Below, piece after piece: positions 1-9,409 of a stretch of DNA of 26,370 nt. Source of the stretch: a virus; UHGV virus genome UHGV-0117952; one strand, written 5' to 3'. Numbering within the stretch: position 1 is the first letter of the stretch; every line of letters begins with the position of its first letter. Under the pieces are notes generated by a model. The model was not told the DNA's origin and searched no databases. It saw only the letters and a list, made by a program, of their open reading frames with translations. Both the position numbers and the translations under genes were made by a program.

Positions 1-41
1 ATTCGCAGGCCATCAAACTGCTGAAGATTGCAGCGGCGTAA
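1..41 (+). CDS. 3' end of an upstream gene (partial; probably last gene of the head module)
   Basis: Frame 3 is open from the window edge to TAA at 39-41 (...SQAIKLLKIAAA*). Frame 2 is alternatively open to TGA at 92-94, overlapping the next ATG as ATGA. The frame cannot be resolved from 40 nt. Confidence 0.25.
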   Translation, partial: SQAIKLLKIAAA

Positions 42-90
42 TCACTCAGGGGCGCGGAACCGCACCCCCTGTTCTGACGGGTGAAGAATC

Positions 91-291
91 ATGATCCTGA
101 AACAAGATCTGAAATGGTCACCGGACGGTATGCGTGTTGAGGTCATTCGGGCCGGTGAGTATGACGACGGGGCGCTTCCTGCCCGGGTGCAGGAGATTGC
201 ACTTCAGGCCGGGTTAGCAGAGCGCGGAATCAGTGCAAAAAGCAGTAAAGCGGCAAAAGAGAAAAAAGCCACGACCAGTAAAGAGGGCTGA
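91..291 (+). CDS. small hypothetical phage protein (66 aa) between head and head-tail joining genes
   Basis: ATG ORF, co-directional, stop 2 nt before the next start; Lys-rich C-terminal tail; no family recognised. Confidence 0.45.
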   Translation: MILKQDLKWSPDGMRVEVIRAGEYDDGALPARVQEIALQAGLAERGISAKSSKAAKEKKATTSKEG

Positions 292-293
292 GT

Positions 294-617
294 ATGCTTC
301 TGACAATGGAAGAGATTAAAGCCCAACTCCGGCTGGATGAGGATTTCGATGCTGATGACCGCCATCTGCAACTGCTGGCCTGTGCGGCGCAAAAGCGGAC
401 GGAAACGTATCTGAACCGGAAGCTCTATGCACCGGATGAAACCATTCCGGACAGCGATCCGGACGGGCTGCACCTGCCGGATGATATTCGTCTGGGGATG
501 CTGATGCTTATCAGCCATTTTTACGAAAACCGCTCGTCGGTTACGGAAGTGGAGAAACTCGACATGCCGCAGAGTTTTGGCTGGCTTGTCGGCCCGTACA
601 GGTACTTTCCGCAATGA
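294..617 (+). CDS. head-tail connector / DNA-packaging (gp6-like) protein
   Basis: 107 aa, acidic, position and size typical of gp6-like head-tail connector proteins; stop overlaps the next start (ATGA at 614-617). Confidence 0.65.
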   Translation: MLLTMEEIKAQLRLDEDFDADDRHLQLLACAAQKRTETYLNRKLYAPDETIPDSDPDGLHLPDDIRLGMLMLISHFYENRSSVTEVEKLDMPQSFGWLVGPYRYFPQ

Positions 618-1024
618 AAATTCGTCAGGCGCAGACCAGCGCAACCTACATTCTGCCGGACCCCGGTGAACTGAATAAACGCGTCCTGATCCGCCAGCGG
701 GTGGATATGCCCGCGGATAACTTTGGCGTGGAGCCTCAATACCCGGTTGCGTTCCGGACATGGGCGAAGGTTGTCCAGACCAGTGCCACCACCTGGCAGG
801 AAACCGCGCAGACCGGTGACGCCATCACCCATTACATCACCATTCGTTACCGCCGGGGGATCACCGCTGATTATGAGGTGGTCTGGGGTGACAGTGTGTA
901 CCGGGTGAAACGTCAGCGCGATCTGAACGGGGCGCGGCGCTTTCTGCTGCTGGAGTGTACGGAGCTGGGCGAATGTAGGCAGAGTCACGGAGGCAACAAT
1001 GACGACTTCCTTTTTGCACGTTGA
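614..1024 (+). CDS. head-tail adaptor / head closure protein
   Basis: 136 aa ORF translationally coupled to the connector; size and position fit head-closure (gp16-like) proteins; recalled similarity only. Confidence 0.6.
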   Translation: MKIRQAQTSATYILPDPGELNKRVLIRQRVDMPADNFGVEPQYPVAFRTWAKVVQTSATTWQETAQTGDAITHYITIRYRRGITADYEVVWGDSVYRVKRQRDLNGARRFLLLECTELGECRQSHGGNNDDFLFAR

Positions 1025-1505
1025 TTTTCAGCAGCCCGCGGAGATGCGCTTTAACCGCGCCCGTGTCCGGCGGGCGTTTGTCACGATTGGTCAGCGTCAT
1101 ATGCGTGATGCCCGTCGGCTGGTGATGCGCCGTGCGCGGTCGGCACCGGGTGAAAACCCCGGTTATCAGACCGGACGCCTGGCTCGTTCGATTGGTTACA
1201 TGGTACCCAGAGCCAGTAAACATCGCCCTGGTTTTATGGCACGTATAGCCCCTAACCAGCGTAATGGAGAGGGAAACCGCCGTATCACCGGTGATTTTTA
1301 TCCGGCTTTTTTGTTCTATGGCGTGAGGCGAGGTGCAAAGCGTCGTCGCAGCCATCATCGTGGTGCATCCGGTGGCAGCGGCTGGCGACTGGCTCCACGT
1401 AATAACTTCATGGTGGAAACGCTTGAAAAGAACCACAGCTGGACACGCTATTTTCTGGCGCGGGAATTGCGTAAATCACTGAAGCCGGAGCGACGACACA
1501 GATGA
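999..1505 (+). CDS. HK97 gp10-like tail-completion / neck protein
   Basis: 168 aa ORF with GGAGG Shine-Dalgarno at 985-989; Arg-rich; position between head closure and sheath genes. Confidence 0.55.
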   Translation: MTTSFLHVDFQQPAEMRFNRARVRRAFVTIGQRHMRDARRLVMRRARSAPGENPGYQTGRLARSIGYMVPRASKHRPGFMARIAPNQRNGEGNRRITGDFYPAFLFYGVRRGAKRRRSHHRGASGGSGWRLAPRNNFMVETLEKNHSWTRYFLARELRKSLKPERRHR

Positions 1506-2062
1506 AACTGACGCCTGTTATTGCTGCGCTGCGTGCCCGCTGCCCGTATTTTGAAAACCGGGTGGCAGGCGCGGCACAGTTCAAAAATCTGCCGGAGGTC
1601 GGAAAGCTGAGACTCCCGGCGGCGTATGTGGTACCGGGGGATGATTCTCCGGGAGAAAACAAAAGCCAGACCGACTACTGGCAGGAGCTGAAAGAGGGCT
1701 TCTCCGTGGTTGTCATACTGAGTAACGGGCGTGATGAGCGCGGTCAGTTTGCCTCGTATGATGTGGTGGACGATGTCCGGCAGATGCTCTTTAAGGCTCT
1801 GCTGGGCTGGAACCCGGAAGCGTGCGGTAACCCGATTACCTATGACGGCGGCACGCTGCTGGATCTGAATCGTCATGAGCTGATTTATCAGTTCGATTTT
1901 TCGGTCATCAGCGAGCTGACCGAAGACGATACCCGCCAGCAGGATGACCTGAACAGTCTGGATGAACTGCGAACGCTGGCGATTGATGTTGATTATCTCG
2001 AGCCCGGTAACGGGCCTGACGGCGATATCGAACATCACACCGAAATAACCCTTCCTTCCTGA
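1502..2062 (+). CDS. tail terminator / sheath-neck protein (family uncertain)
   Basis: 186 aa ORF, ATGA overlap with the upstream gene, immediately upstream of the sheath gene. Confidence 0.5.
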   Translation: MKLTPVIAALRARCPYFENRVAGAAQFKNLPEVGKLRLPAAYVVPGDDSPGENKSQTDYWQELKEGFSVVVILSNGRDERGQFASYDVVDDVRQMLFKALLGWNPEACGNPITYDGGTLLDLNRHELIYQFDFSVISELTEDDTRQQDDLNSLDELRTLAIDVDYLEPGNGPDGDIEHHTEITLPS

Positions 2063-2224
2063 GGATCCTCATGTTTGTCAAACCTGTTAAAGGGCGGTCA
2101 GTTCCTGACCCTGCCCGCGGCGACCTTTTGCCCGCTGAGGGGCGAAATGTTGACGAGAACAACTACTGGCTGCGCCGTGAAGCAGCGGGTGATATCCGGC
2201 GCGTGAATAAAAAGGTGAATACCG

Positions 2225-3721
2225 ATGACGATAAGATTTAACACCATTCCGTCGAATACGCTGGTTCCGATTTTTTATGCGGAAATGGATAACTCGGCGG
2301 CGAATACTGCACAGGACAGCGGAGCATCGCTGCTGATTGGTCATGCCAATAACGGTGCAGAGATTGTTGCCAACAGTCTGGTGCTGATGCCATCGGCAGA
2401 CTATGCACGCCAGATTTGTGGTGCGGGAAGTCAGCTGGCGCGTATGGTCGAGGCTTATCGCCAGACCGACCCGTTTGGTGAACTGTATGTGATTGCCGTT
2501 CCTGAATCCACGGGCGCGGCGGCAACAGTTACGCTGACGGTGACCGGCGCGGCAACCGAAACCGGCACGGTGAATGTTTATGTGGGACGTACCCGCGTGC
2601 AGGCACCAGTGACCAACGGCGATAACGTCGAGACGATTGCCAGCAGTATCAAAGATGCCATCAATGCCGTTCCGACCCTGCCGTTTACTGCCTCATCTTC
2701 GGCAGGCGTGGTCACACTGACCGCGCGTCATAAGGGGCTTTGCGGGAATGAAATTCCTGTCAGCCTCAATTACTACGGCTTTGGTGGGGGCGAAGTGCTG
2801 CCAGCGGGCGTACAGATTGCCGTGGCGACGGGTACCGCCGGAACGGGTGCTCCTGTTCTCACCGGCGCGGTGGCTGCAATGGCGGATGAGCCGTTTGATT
2901 ATATCGGCCTGCCGTTCAACGACACGGCCTCCGTTAACACGCTGGTGACCGAGATGAACGATACCAGCGGTCGCTGGAGCTATGCGCGTCAGCTGTATGG
3001 TCATGTGTATACGGCAAAGATCGGCACGCTGTCAGAACTGGTGACCGCAGGTGACCAGTTTAACCAGCAGCACATCACCCTGGCGGGATACGAAAAAGAG
3101 ACCCAGACGCCTGCCGACGAGCTGGCGGCAAGCCGTACCGCCCGCGCAGCGGTGTTTATTCGCAACGATCCGGCACGTCCCACGCAGACCGGTGAGCTGG
3201 TGGGTATGCTGCCTGCGCCGAAGGGGAAACGGTTCACGATGACCGAACAACAGACCCTGCTGTCTCATGGCGTGGCAACGGCGTATGTCGAAAGCGGGGT
3301 GCTGCGCATTCAGCGTGATGTCACCACGTACAGGAAAAACGCTTACGGTGTTGCGGATAACAGCTACCTCGACAGCGAGACGCTGCATACCAGCGCGTAT
3401 GTGCTGCGCAAACTGAAATCCGTCATTACCAGTAAGTACGGGCGTCACAAGCTTGCCAGCGACGGTACCCGCTTTGGTCCCGGTCAGGCGATTGTCACCC
3501 CGGCGGTGATCAAAGGGGAACTGCTGGCAACCTACCGTCAGCTTGAGCGTGCGGGGATCGTGGAAAACTACGAACTGTTTAAGCAGTACCTGGTTGTGGA
3601 GCGTGATGCCAGCGATCCGAACCGCCTGAACACGCTGTTCCCGCCTGACTATGTTAACCAGTTGCGTGTCTTTGCCGTGGTTAACCAGTTCCGTCTTCAG
3701 TATTCAGAGGAGTCTGCATAA
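2225..3721 (+). CDS. contractile tail sheath protein (Mu gpL-like)
   Basis: 498 aa; Gly/Thr/Ala-rich composition and length typical of Mu-type sheath proteins; followed directly by tube and chaperone genes. Confidence 0.85.
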   Translation: MTIRFNTIPSNTLVPIFYAEMDNSAANTAQDSGASLLIGHANNGAEIVANSLVLMPSADYARQICGAGSQLARMVEAYRQTDPFGELYVIAVPESTGAAATVTLTVTGAATETGTVNVYVGRTRVQAPVTNGDNVETIASSIKDAINAVPTLPFTASSSAGVVTLTARHKGLCGNEIPVSLNYYGFGGGEVLPAGVQIAVATGTAGTGAPVLTGAVAAMADEPFDYIGLPFNDTASVNTLVTEMNDTSGRWSYARQLYGHVYTAKIGTLSELVTAGDQFNQQHITLAGYEKETQTPADELAASRTARAAVFIRNDPARPTQTGELVGMLPAPKGKRFTMTEQQTLLSHGVATAYVESGVLRIQRDVTTYRKNAYGVADNSYLDSETLHTSAYVLRKLKSVITSKYGRHKLASDGTRFGPGQAIVTPAVIKGELLATYRQLERAGIVENYELFKQYLVVERDASDPNRLNTLFPPDYVNQLRVFAVVNQFRLQYSEESA

Positions 3722-4077
3722 TGGCCCGTATCGGGGGAACCTGTTATTTCAAAATTGACGGTCAACAGCTATCGCTGACCGGCGGCATTGAGGTGCCCAT
3801 GAACAGGACGGTCAATGATGACATCATCGGCCTGGACGGTTCAGTGGACCGCAAGGAAACTCACCGTGCGCCTTATGTCAAAGGGACTTTCAAGGTGCCG
3901 AAGAATTTTCCGGTGAACAAAATCACCTCGTCTGATGAGATGACTATCACTGCCGAGCTGGCGAACGGTCAGGTCTATGTACTGTCGTCTGCCTGGCTGC
4001 ACGGCGAAGCGAACCATAATGCCGAAGAAGGCACGGTTGATCTTGAGTTCCACGGTGAAGAAGGGGATTACCAGTAA
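3721..4077 (+). CDS. tail tube protein (Mu gpM-like)
   Basis: 118 aa ORF, TAATG overlap with the sheath gene; canonical sheath-tube pair. Confidence 0.8.
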   Translation: MARIGGTCYFKIDGQQLSLTGGIEVPMNRTVNDDIIGLDGSVDRKETHRAPYVKGTFKVPKNFPVNKITSSDEMTITAELANGQVYVLSSAWLHGEANHNAEEGTVDLEFHGEEGDYQ

Positions 4078-4346
4078 TGAAAGAGCTTGAGTTAAAGAAA
4101 CCGATTACTGCTCATGGCGAGACACTCTCCGTACTGGAGTTTGATGAGCCCACCGGGAAGGATGTCCGCGAGCTGGGGTATCCCTACCAGATGAATCAGG
4201 ATGAGTCAGTCAAACTTCTGGCGCATGTGGTGTCGAAATACATTGTGCGGCTGGCGAAAGTGCCGCAAAGCTCTGTCGACCAGATGTCTCCGGCAGACCT
4301 GAATGCAGCGGCGTGGCTTGTGGCTGGTTTTTTCCTCCAGGCCTGA
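4077..4346 (+). CDS. tail assembly chaperone (short, in-frame product)
   Basis: 89 aa ORF between tube and tape measure; overlapped at its 3' end by a -1 frame ORF (4313-4495) with slippery heptamer T_TTT_TTC at 4328-4334. Confidence 0.7.
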   Translation: MKELELKKPITAHGETLSVLEFDEPTGKDVRELGYPYQMNQDESVKLLAHVVSKYIVRLAKVPQSSVDQMSPADLNAAAWLVAGFFLQA

Positions 4347-4495
4347 CGGCTGAATACCTCACTGATCGCTTCTTTGACTGCGCCAGCTACTGGCGCATTA
4401 ATCCTTTCGAATTGCTGAATATGCCGATCAGTGAAATTCCCTTACTGGTCAGTCAGGCAAACAGGATAGAGCAGGAGAAACGCACACATGGCTGA
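4077..4495 (+). CDS. tail assembly chaperone, long product by programmed -1 ribosomal frameshift
   Basis: Zero-frame codons GGT TTT TTC at 4326-4334 contain X_XXY_YYZ = T_TTT_TTC. The -1 frame continues open to 4495, overlapping the tape-measure start at 4488. Classic G/GT arrangement. Confidence 0.55.
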
Positions 4496-6320
4496 ATTTG
4501 AGCTTAAGGCGTTGATCACCGGTGTCGACAGGCTTTCTCCCGCGCTGTCGAAAATGCAAAAGAAAATCCGGGGATTTAAACGCCAGGCGGAAGAAGCGTC
4601 ACAGGGTGGGCTGGCGCTTGGGGGCGGACTGGCAGCGGGTCTGACGCTTTCCCTGAAATCTTATGCCGATCAGGAAAACGCCGCCACCGGGCTGAAAGTC
4701 GCCATGATGGATGCGAACGGCGAGGTTGGAAAGAGCTTTCAGGACATCAATAAACTGGCTATTGGCCTGGGTAACCAGCTACCTGGTACAACGGCTGATT
4801 TCCAGAACATGATGCAGATGCTGGTGCGTCAGGGGATCCCGGCAGAAAACATTCTGGATGGTGTGGGTAAAGCGACAGCTTATCTTGCGGTACAACTGAA
4901 AAAAACACCGGAAGCGGCTGCTGAGTTTGCTGCAAAGATGCAGGATGCTACCGGAACGGCGTCAGAAGACATGATGGGGCTGTTCGACACTATCCAGAAG
5001 GCGTTTTATCTGGGCGTTGACGATACCAACATGTTGTCCTTCTTCACTAAAACCAGTTCTGTTCTGAAGATGGTGAACAAGGATGGTCTTCAGGCTGCAC
5101 AGAGCCTTGCCCCCATCAGCGTCATGATGGATCAGATGGGGATGAACGGGGAGTCGGCAGGTAATGCCCTGCGAAAAGTTATCCAGTCCGGATTAAGCGT
5201 TAAGAAAATCAGGGACGTTAATAAAGTCATGGCCCGCCAGAAACTCGGGGTACAGCTCGATTTTACTGACGGCAAAGGAAGTTTTGGCGGTCTTGATAAC
5301 ATGTTCAGGCAACTGGCAAAGCTGCGAAAACTGACCGACGTTAAGCGAACAGGTGTACTTAAGGCAATATTTGGTGATGATGCCGAAACCCTTCAGGTGG
5401 TCAATGCACTAATCGATAAAGGAAAGGATGGCTACGATCAGATCCAGCAGAAGATGAATAAACAGGCCAGCCTGAATAAACGTGTTCAGGCACAGCTTGG
5501 TACGCTGTCCAACCTGTGGGAGGCAATGACAGGGACCGCAACTAACGGCCTTGCGGCTATTGGCGGCGCATTTTCTGGTGACGCTAAAAATATCACACAA
5601 TGGCTGGGGGAGTTGGGGGAGAAATTCACGAAGTTTGCGGATGAAAATCCCCGGGTTATTCGCGGCGTCGTCGGGCTTGCTGCCGGTCTTGCGATTCTGA
5701 AACTGGGATTGATGGGCGTGGGCAGTGCCATCAGTATTGTCAGCAGGATTATGTCGATGACGCCGATTGGCATGATTGCGACGGCGATTGCTCTGGCTGC
5801 GGGATTAATTATCACTAACTGGGATGTTGTCGGACCTTATTTCAAGAAGCTCTGGGAAACCATTTGTCCTTATTTTGAGGCAGGTTGGGAACTTCTGAAG
5901 AAGGTTTTTGCCTGGTCGCCGCTGGGGATGGTGATCAATAACTGGGGACCGGTTGTTAAGTGGTTTCAGGATATGTGGGACAAGCTGAAGCCAATTATTG
6001 AGTGGTTTACCGACAGTTCCGGTGACACGGTCGATGCCATTAACTCTGCGCAGTGGGGCGCGGGTGCTTATGATGCTTATGGGACGGGAATACCGGCGCG
6101 GGGATACACACCTTATCCGGCGGTGGATCCGGCTCAGTCAAACAACGCCTCCGATGCCACAGGCTCGAATCCCTTCATGATTAACAAAGCTTCTGTGCCA
6201 AAAGTTGATGGTGAGATCAAGGTATCTTTTGTGAATTCGCCTCCGGGTATGCGGGTTATGGAAACGCGATCCAGCGGTTTTGATGTCAGCCATGATGTTG
6301 GCTATACGCGGTTCAGGTAG
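4488..6320 (+). CDS. tail tape measure protein (Mu-like module)
   Basis: 610 aa, Ala/Gly/Leu/Gln-rich helical composition with a hydrophobic GxxxG-like C-terminal segment; sits directly after the chaperone frameshift pair. Confidence 0.85.
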   Translation: MAEFELKALITGVDRLSPALSKMQKKIRGFKRQAEEASQGGLALGGGLAAGLTLSLKSYADQENAATGLKVAMMDANGEVGKSFQDINKLAIGLGNQLPGTTADFQNMMQMLVRQGIPAENILDGVGKATAYLAVQLKKTPEAAAEFAAKMQDATGTASEDMMGLFDTIQKAFYLGVDDTNMLSFFTKTSSVLKMVNKDGLQAAQSLAPISVMMDQMGMNGESAGNALRKVIQSGLSVKKIRDVNKVMARQKLGVQLDFTDGKGSFGGLDNMFRQLAKLRKLTDVKRTGVLKAIFGDDAETLQVVNALIDKGKDGYDQIQQKMNKQASLNKRVQAQLGTLSNLWEAMTGTATNGLAAIGGAFSGDAKNITQWLGELGEKFTKFADENPRVIRGVVGLAAGLAILKLGLMGVGSAISIVSRIMSMTPIGMIATAIALAAGLIITNWDVVGPYFKKLWETICPYFEAGWELLKKVFAWSPLGMVINNWGPVVKWFQDMWDKLKPIIEWFTDSSGDTVDAINSAQWGAGAYDAYGTGIPARGYTPYPAVDPAQSNNASDATGSNPFMINKASVPKVDGEIKVSFVNSPPGMRVMETRSSGFDVSHDVGYTRFR

Positions 6321-6419
6321 TGTACAAAATGATTAATGTGTTTTTGTCTGGCATAATTTGGGTTTTCAGCTTTAAGTAGTTAATATAATCATTCCTTACA
6401 AATGATTGAAGGGATGATT

Positions 6420-6914
6420 ATGCGTATCTTTGTTTTTTTTATATCTGCACTTTTATCTTTTAACTTGGCTGCGGAAGAGTGTAAGTTCAGCTTTAATGAG
6501 TCAGAATTAATCTCTTCTATAGGTATTGCACCAGTTAAGCAAGAGATAATAAAGGATGAAGGAATAACTAAGCGGCAATATGAATTCAGAAGAGAATTAT
6601 CTTCTGAAGAAATGCTTAGTGATGACGCTGATGAAAAATATGAGCCGCAGTTTTATATATCTGTTTATAATCCATCATGCCCACAAAAGGTTATTGTTTG
6701 GTTTTTCAAAGACAATAAAAACACAATGGATTTAAGTAATGAGGTCCTTGCTGGTAGAGCGTTCAAGTATTTAACTGGTGTTAATGAAAGTATTTTTGAA
6801 AATAAAATGAAAAAGTTTTTAAAGGTACAGTCATTTGAATCTTTTGATGAAAGGACAGATTCTAAATTTATAAAGAGTGGTGATATTTATTCCATTGATG
6901 TTCAACTCAGATAG
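6420..6914 (+). CDS. AT-rich moron: small secreted/periplasmic protein of unknown function (164 aa from ATG 6420)
   Basis: ORF track starts at 6402, but ATG 6420 has GAAGGG 6 nt upstream. N-terminus MRIFVFFISALLSFNLAA/EE is a Sec-type signal peptide. About 30-35% GC against about 57% in flanking tail genes. Own terminator downstream. Confidence 0.6.
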   Translation: MRIFVFFISALLSFNLAAEECKFSFNESELISSIGIAPVKQEIIKDEGITKRQYEFRRELSSEEMLSDDADEKYEPQFYISVYNPSCPQKVIVWFFKDNKNTMDLSNEVLAGRAFKYLTGVNESIFENKMKKFLKVQSFESFDERTDSKFIKSGDIYSIDVQLR

Positions 6915-6933
6915 TAATTAAAAATATTAGGTT

Positions 6934-6989
6934 CCCGCCACATCTTCTGCGATGTAAATAACTGACAAAGCAGATTTGGCGGGTTTTTT
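6934..6989 (+). terminator. rho-independent terminator after the moron
   Basis: CCCGCCA (6934-6940) pairs with TGGCGGG (6977-6983), imperfect extended stem, followed by TTTTTT (6984-6989). Confidence 0.5.
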
Positions 6990-7004
6990 GTATCCGGAGT
7001 TTAT

Positions 7005-8333
7005 ATGACGTGGAAAGACAGGCTTCAGGATGCGTCATTTCGCGGCGTACCGTTTAAGGTTGAAGAAGAAAGTGCGGGAACCGGTCGCCGTGTGGAAACA
7101 CACGAATATCCGAACCGCGACAAGCCCTATACCGAAGATCTGGGAAAAGTCACTTTCCGCCCGTCCATCACAGCTTATGTGGTGGGAGATGACTGCTTTG
7201 ACCAGCGCGATCGCCTGATTGACGCGCTGAATAAACCCGGTCCCGGCACGCTTGTCCACCCGACATACGGTGAGTTGAAAGTCTGTGTTGACGGGGAAGT
7301 TCGGGTCAGCACATCGAAGAGTGAAGGGCGTATTGTCCGCTTTGACCTGAAGTTTGTCGAAGCGGGAGATCTCTCTTACCCCACATCAGGCGTGGCGACG
7401 GCGCAGACGCTGATGTCATCCTGTTCTGCACTGGATGACTGCATCAGTGACAGCTTCAGCGGTTTCAGTATCGATGGCGTGGCAGATTTTGTGCAGAACG
7501 ACGTCGTCGGTAATGTCGGCACAATGCTTGGGTATGTTTCTGATGCGATGAAAGTGGTGGATTCTGCCGTATCGGATGCCGCCAGGCTGTTGCAGGGGGA
7601 TATCTCGGTACTTCTTCCGCCGCCATCGTCAGGCAAAAATTTCGTTGAGCAGGTGCAGAAAATGTGGCGTACCGGGAAACGCCTTTATGGTAACGCCAGC
7701 GACCTGGTCACCATGATCAAAACGCTTTCCGGTGTCAGCCTCGGCAGCGATCTGCAACCGCGCGGCGTCTGGAAAACGGACAGTAAAACCACCGCCACGG
7801 CGACGCAGCAGCGTAACGTGGTTGCCAGCACCCTTCGTACGACCGCAATCAGCGAAGCGGCGTATGCCGTCACCCGATTGCCTGCGCCAACAACTTCCGC
7901 GGTGATGCAGAATTCCGCAGTGGGGCAGGCAACAACACCCGCGCAGAGCACTGGCTGGCCTTCCGTCACGCATCCGGCACTGAACAATGCACCGGCGGTG
8001 AAAAACACGGTTGACCTGCCGACGTGGGAAGAACTGACTGACATTCGCGACACACTGAATACGGCAATTGATAAGGAGTTGTCCCGTACAACCAGTGATG
8101 CGCTGTTTCTGGTGCTGCGCCGGGTGAAAGCAGATCTGAATGCGGATATCAACACGCGCCTTGAACAGTCTGCACGGATCATTCAGCGCACGCCGGATGA
8201 GGTTTTACCCGCGCTGGTGCTGGCGGCGACCTGGTTTGATAACGCGGCGCGTGACGCGGACATTATCCGGCGTAATGCCATTACGCATCCCGGCTTTGTG
8301 CCGGTGATCCCTCTGAAGGTGCCAGTGCAATGA
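7005..8333 (+). CDS. Mu gpN-like DNA circularization / tail protein
   Basis: 442 aa ORF with GGAG Shine-Dalgarno; N-terminal region and position (tape measure, then N, then baseplate hub) as in Mu-type tails. Confidence 0.75.
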   Translation: MTWKDRLQDASFRGVPFKVEEESAGTGRRVETHEYPNRDKPYTEDLGKVTFRPSITAYVVGDDCFDQRDRLIDALNKPGPGTLVHPTYGELKVCVDGEVRVSTSKSEGRIVRFDLKFVEAGDLSYPTSGVATAQTLMSSCSALDDCISDSFSGFSIDGVADFVQNDVVGNVGTMLGYVSDAMKVVDSAVSDAARLLQGDISVLLPPPSSGKNFVEQVQKMWRTGKRLYGNASDLVTMIKTLSGVSLGSDLQPRGVWKTDSKTTATATQQRNVVASTLRTTAISEAAYAVTRLPAPTTSAVMQNSAVGQATTPAQSTGWPSVTHPALNNAPAVKNTVDLPTWEELTDIRDTLNTAIDKELSRTTSDALFLVLRRVKADLNADINTRLEQSARIIQRTPDEVLPALVLAATWFDNAARDADIIRRNAITHPGFVPVIPLKVPVQ

Positions 8334-9409
8334 ACGACAATGTCACGCTACGGGTAAATGGCCGGGAGTGGAATGGCTGGACATCGGTGCGCATCGGTGC
8401 CGGTATTGAACGGCTGGCGCGGGATTTCAGTGTGGAGATCACCCGCCAGTGGCCGGGAGATGAGGGTATCACCACGCTTCAGCCGCGCATTAAAAACGGT
8501 TCAAAAGTGGAGGTGCTGATTGGTGATGAGCTGGTGATCACCGGCTGGGTGGAGGCGACGCCCGTTCGTTACGATGCCCGTTCGGTCAGCACCGGTATTG
8601 CCGGACGTAGTCTGACGGCTGACCTGATTGACTGTGCAGCCGAACCGACACAGTTTAACGGACGCTCGCTGGTGCAGATTGCGCAGGCGCTTGCTGCGCC
8701 TTTCGGCATTGAGGTGGTGAACAGCGGTGCGCCGTCGGGTGTTATTCCTGATGTTCAGCCTGATCACGGTGAAACGGTGATTGAGGTAATAAACAAAATA
8801 CTCGGTCAGCAGCAGGCGCTGGCTTACGACGACCCGCACGGCAGGCTGGTGATTGGCGGTATTGGCTCAACGCGGGCACATACTGCGCTGGTACTCGGGG
8901 AAAACATCCTTTCCTGCGATACGGAGAAGAGTATCCGGGAGCGGTTTTCTGTTTACCAGGTGGCGGGGCAGCGTGCCGGAAACGACGATGATTTCGGTGA
9001 GGTCACCACCACCGCGCTGCGGGCCCGCACAGAGGACGCATTTATTGCCCGTTACCGTCCGATGTATATCAGGCAGACAGGGCAGGCTACGGGGGCAGGC
9101 TGTATTGCCCGTGCGGACTTTGAAGCCAGACAACGGGCGGCGCGGACGGATGAAACCACCTATGTGGTGCAGGGCTGGCGACAGGGTAACGGTACGCTGT
9201 GGCAGCCCAACCAGCGGGTGATTGTCTTTGATCCGGTCTGTGGTTTCGACAATACCGAACTGCTTGTTTCGGAAGTCACGTTTACTCAGGACCAGAACGG
9301 CACCCTGACGGAAATCCGTGTCGGCCCGCCTGATGCTTATCTGCCTGAACCCGAAGCCCCCGGCGCGCGGAAAAAGAAAAAAGCCAGAGTACAGGAGGAC
9401 CCGTTCTGA
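8330..9409 (+). CDS. baseplate hub protein (Mu gpP / P2 gpD-like)
   Basis: 359 aa ORF, ATGA overlap with the upstream gene; position and size match Mu P-family tail proteins. Confidence 0.75.
   Translation: MNDNVTLRVNGREWNGWTSVRIGAGIERLARDFSVEITRQWPGDEGITTLQPRIKNGSKVEVLIGDELVITGWVEATPVRYDARSVSTGIAGRSLTADLIDCAAEPTQFNGRSLVQIAQALAAPFGIEVVNSGAPSGVIPDVQPDHGETVIEVINKILGQQQALAYDDPHGRLVIGGIGSTRAHTALVLGENILSCDTEKSIRERFSVYQVAGQRAGNDDDFGEVTTTALRARTEDAFIARYRPMYIRQTGQATGAGCIARADFEARQRAARTDETTYVVQGWRQGNGTLWQPNQRVIVFDPVCGFDNTELLVSEVTFTQDQNGTLTEIRVGPPDAYLPEPEAPGARKKKKARVQEDPF

Noticed and set aside
46-76. Hairpin GGGGCGCGG..CCGCACCCC after the first partial ORF as a terminator
   Set aside because: Stem is imperfect with an implausibly short loop if fully paired and there is no real U-run after it; at most a weak attenuator.
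204-1436. Minus-strand ORFs of 155-191 aa (204-761, 521-988, 861-1436) antisense to the head-tail joining genes
   Set aside because: Entirely embedded antisense to tightly coupled plus-strand genes with recognisable products; Arg/Pro/Gly-rich translations typical of shadow ORFs in high-GC coding DNA.
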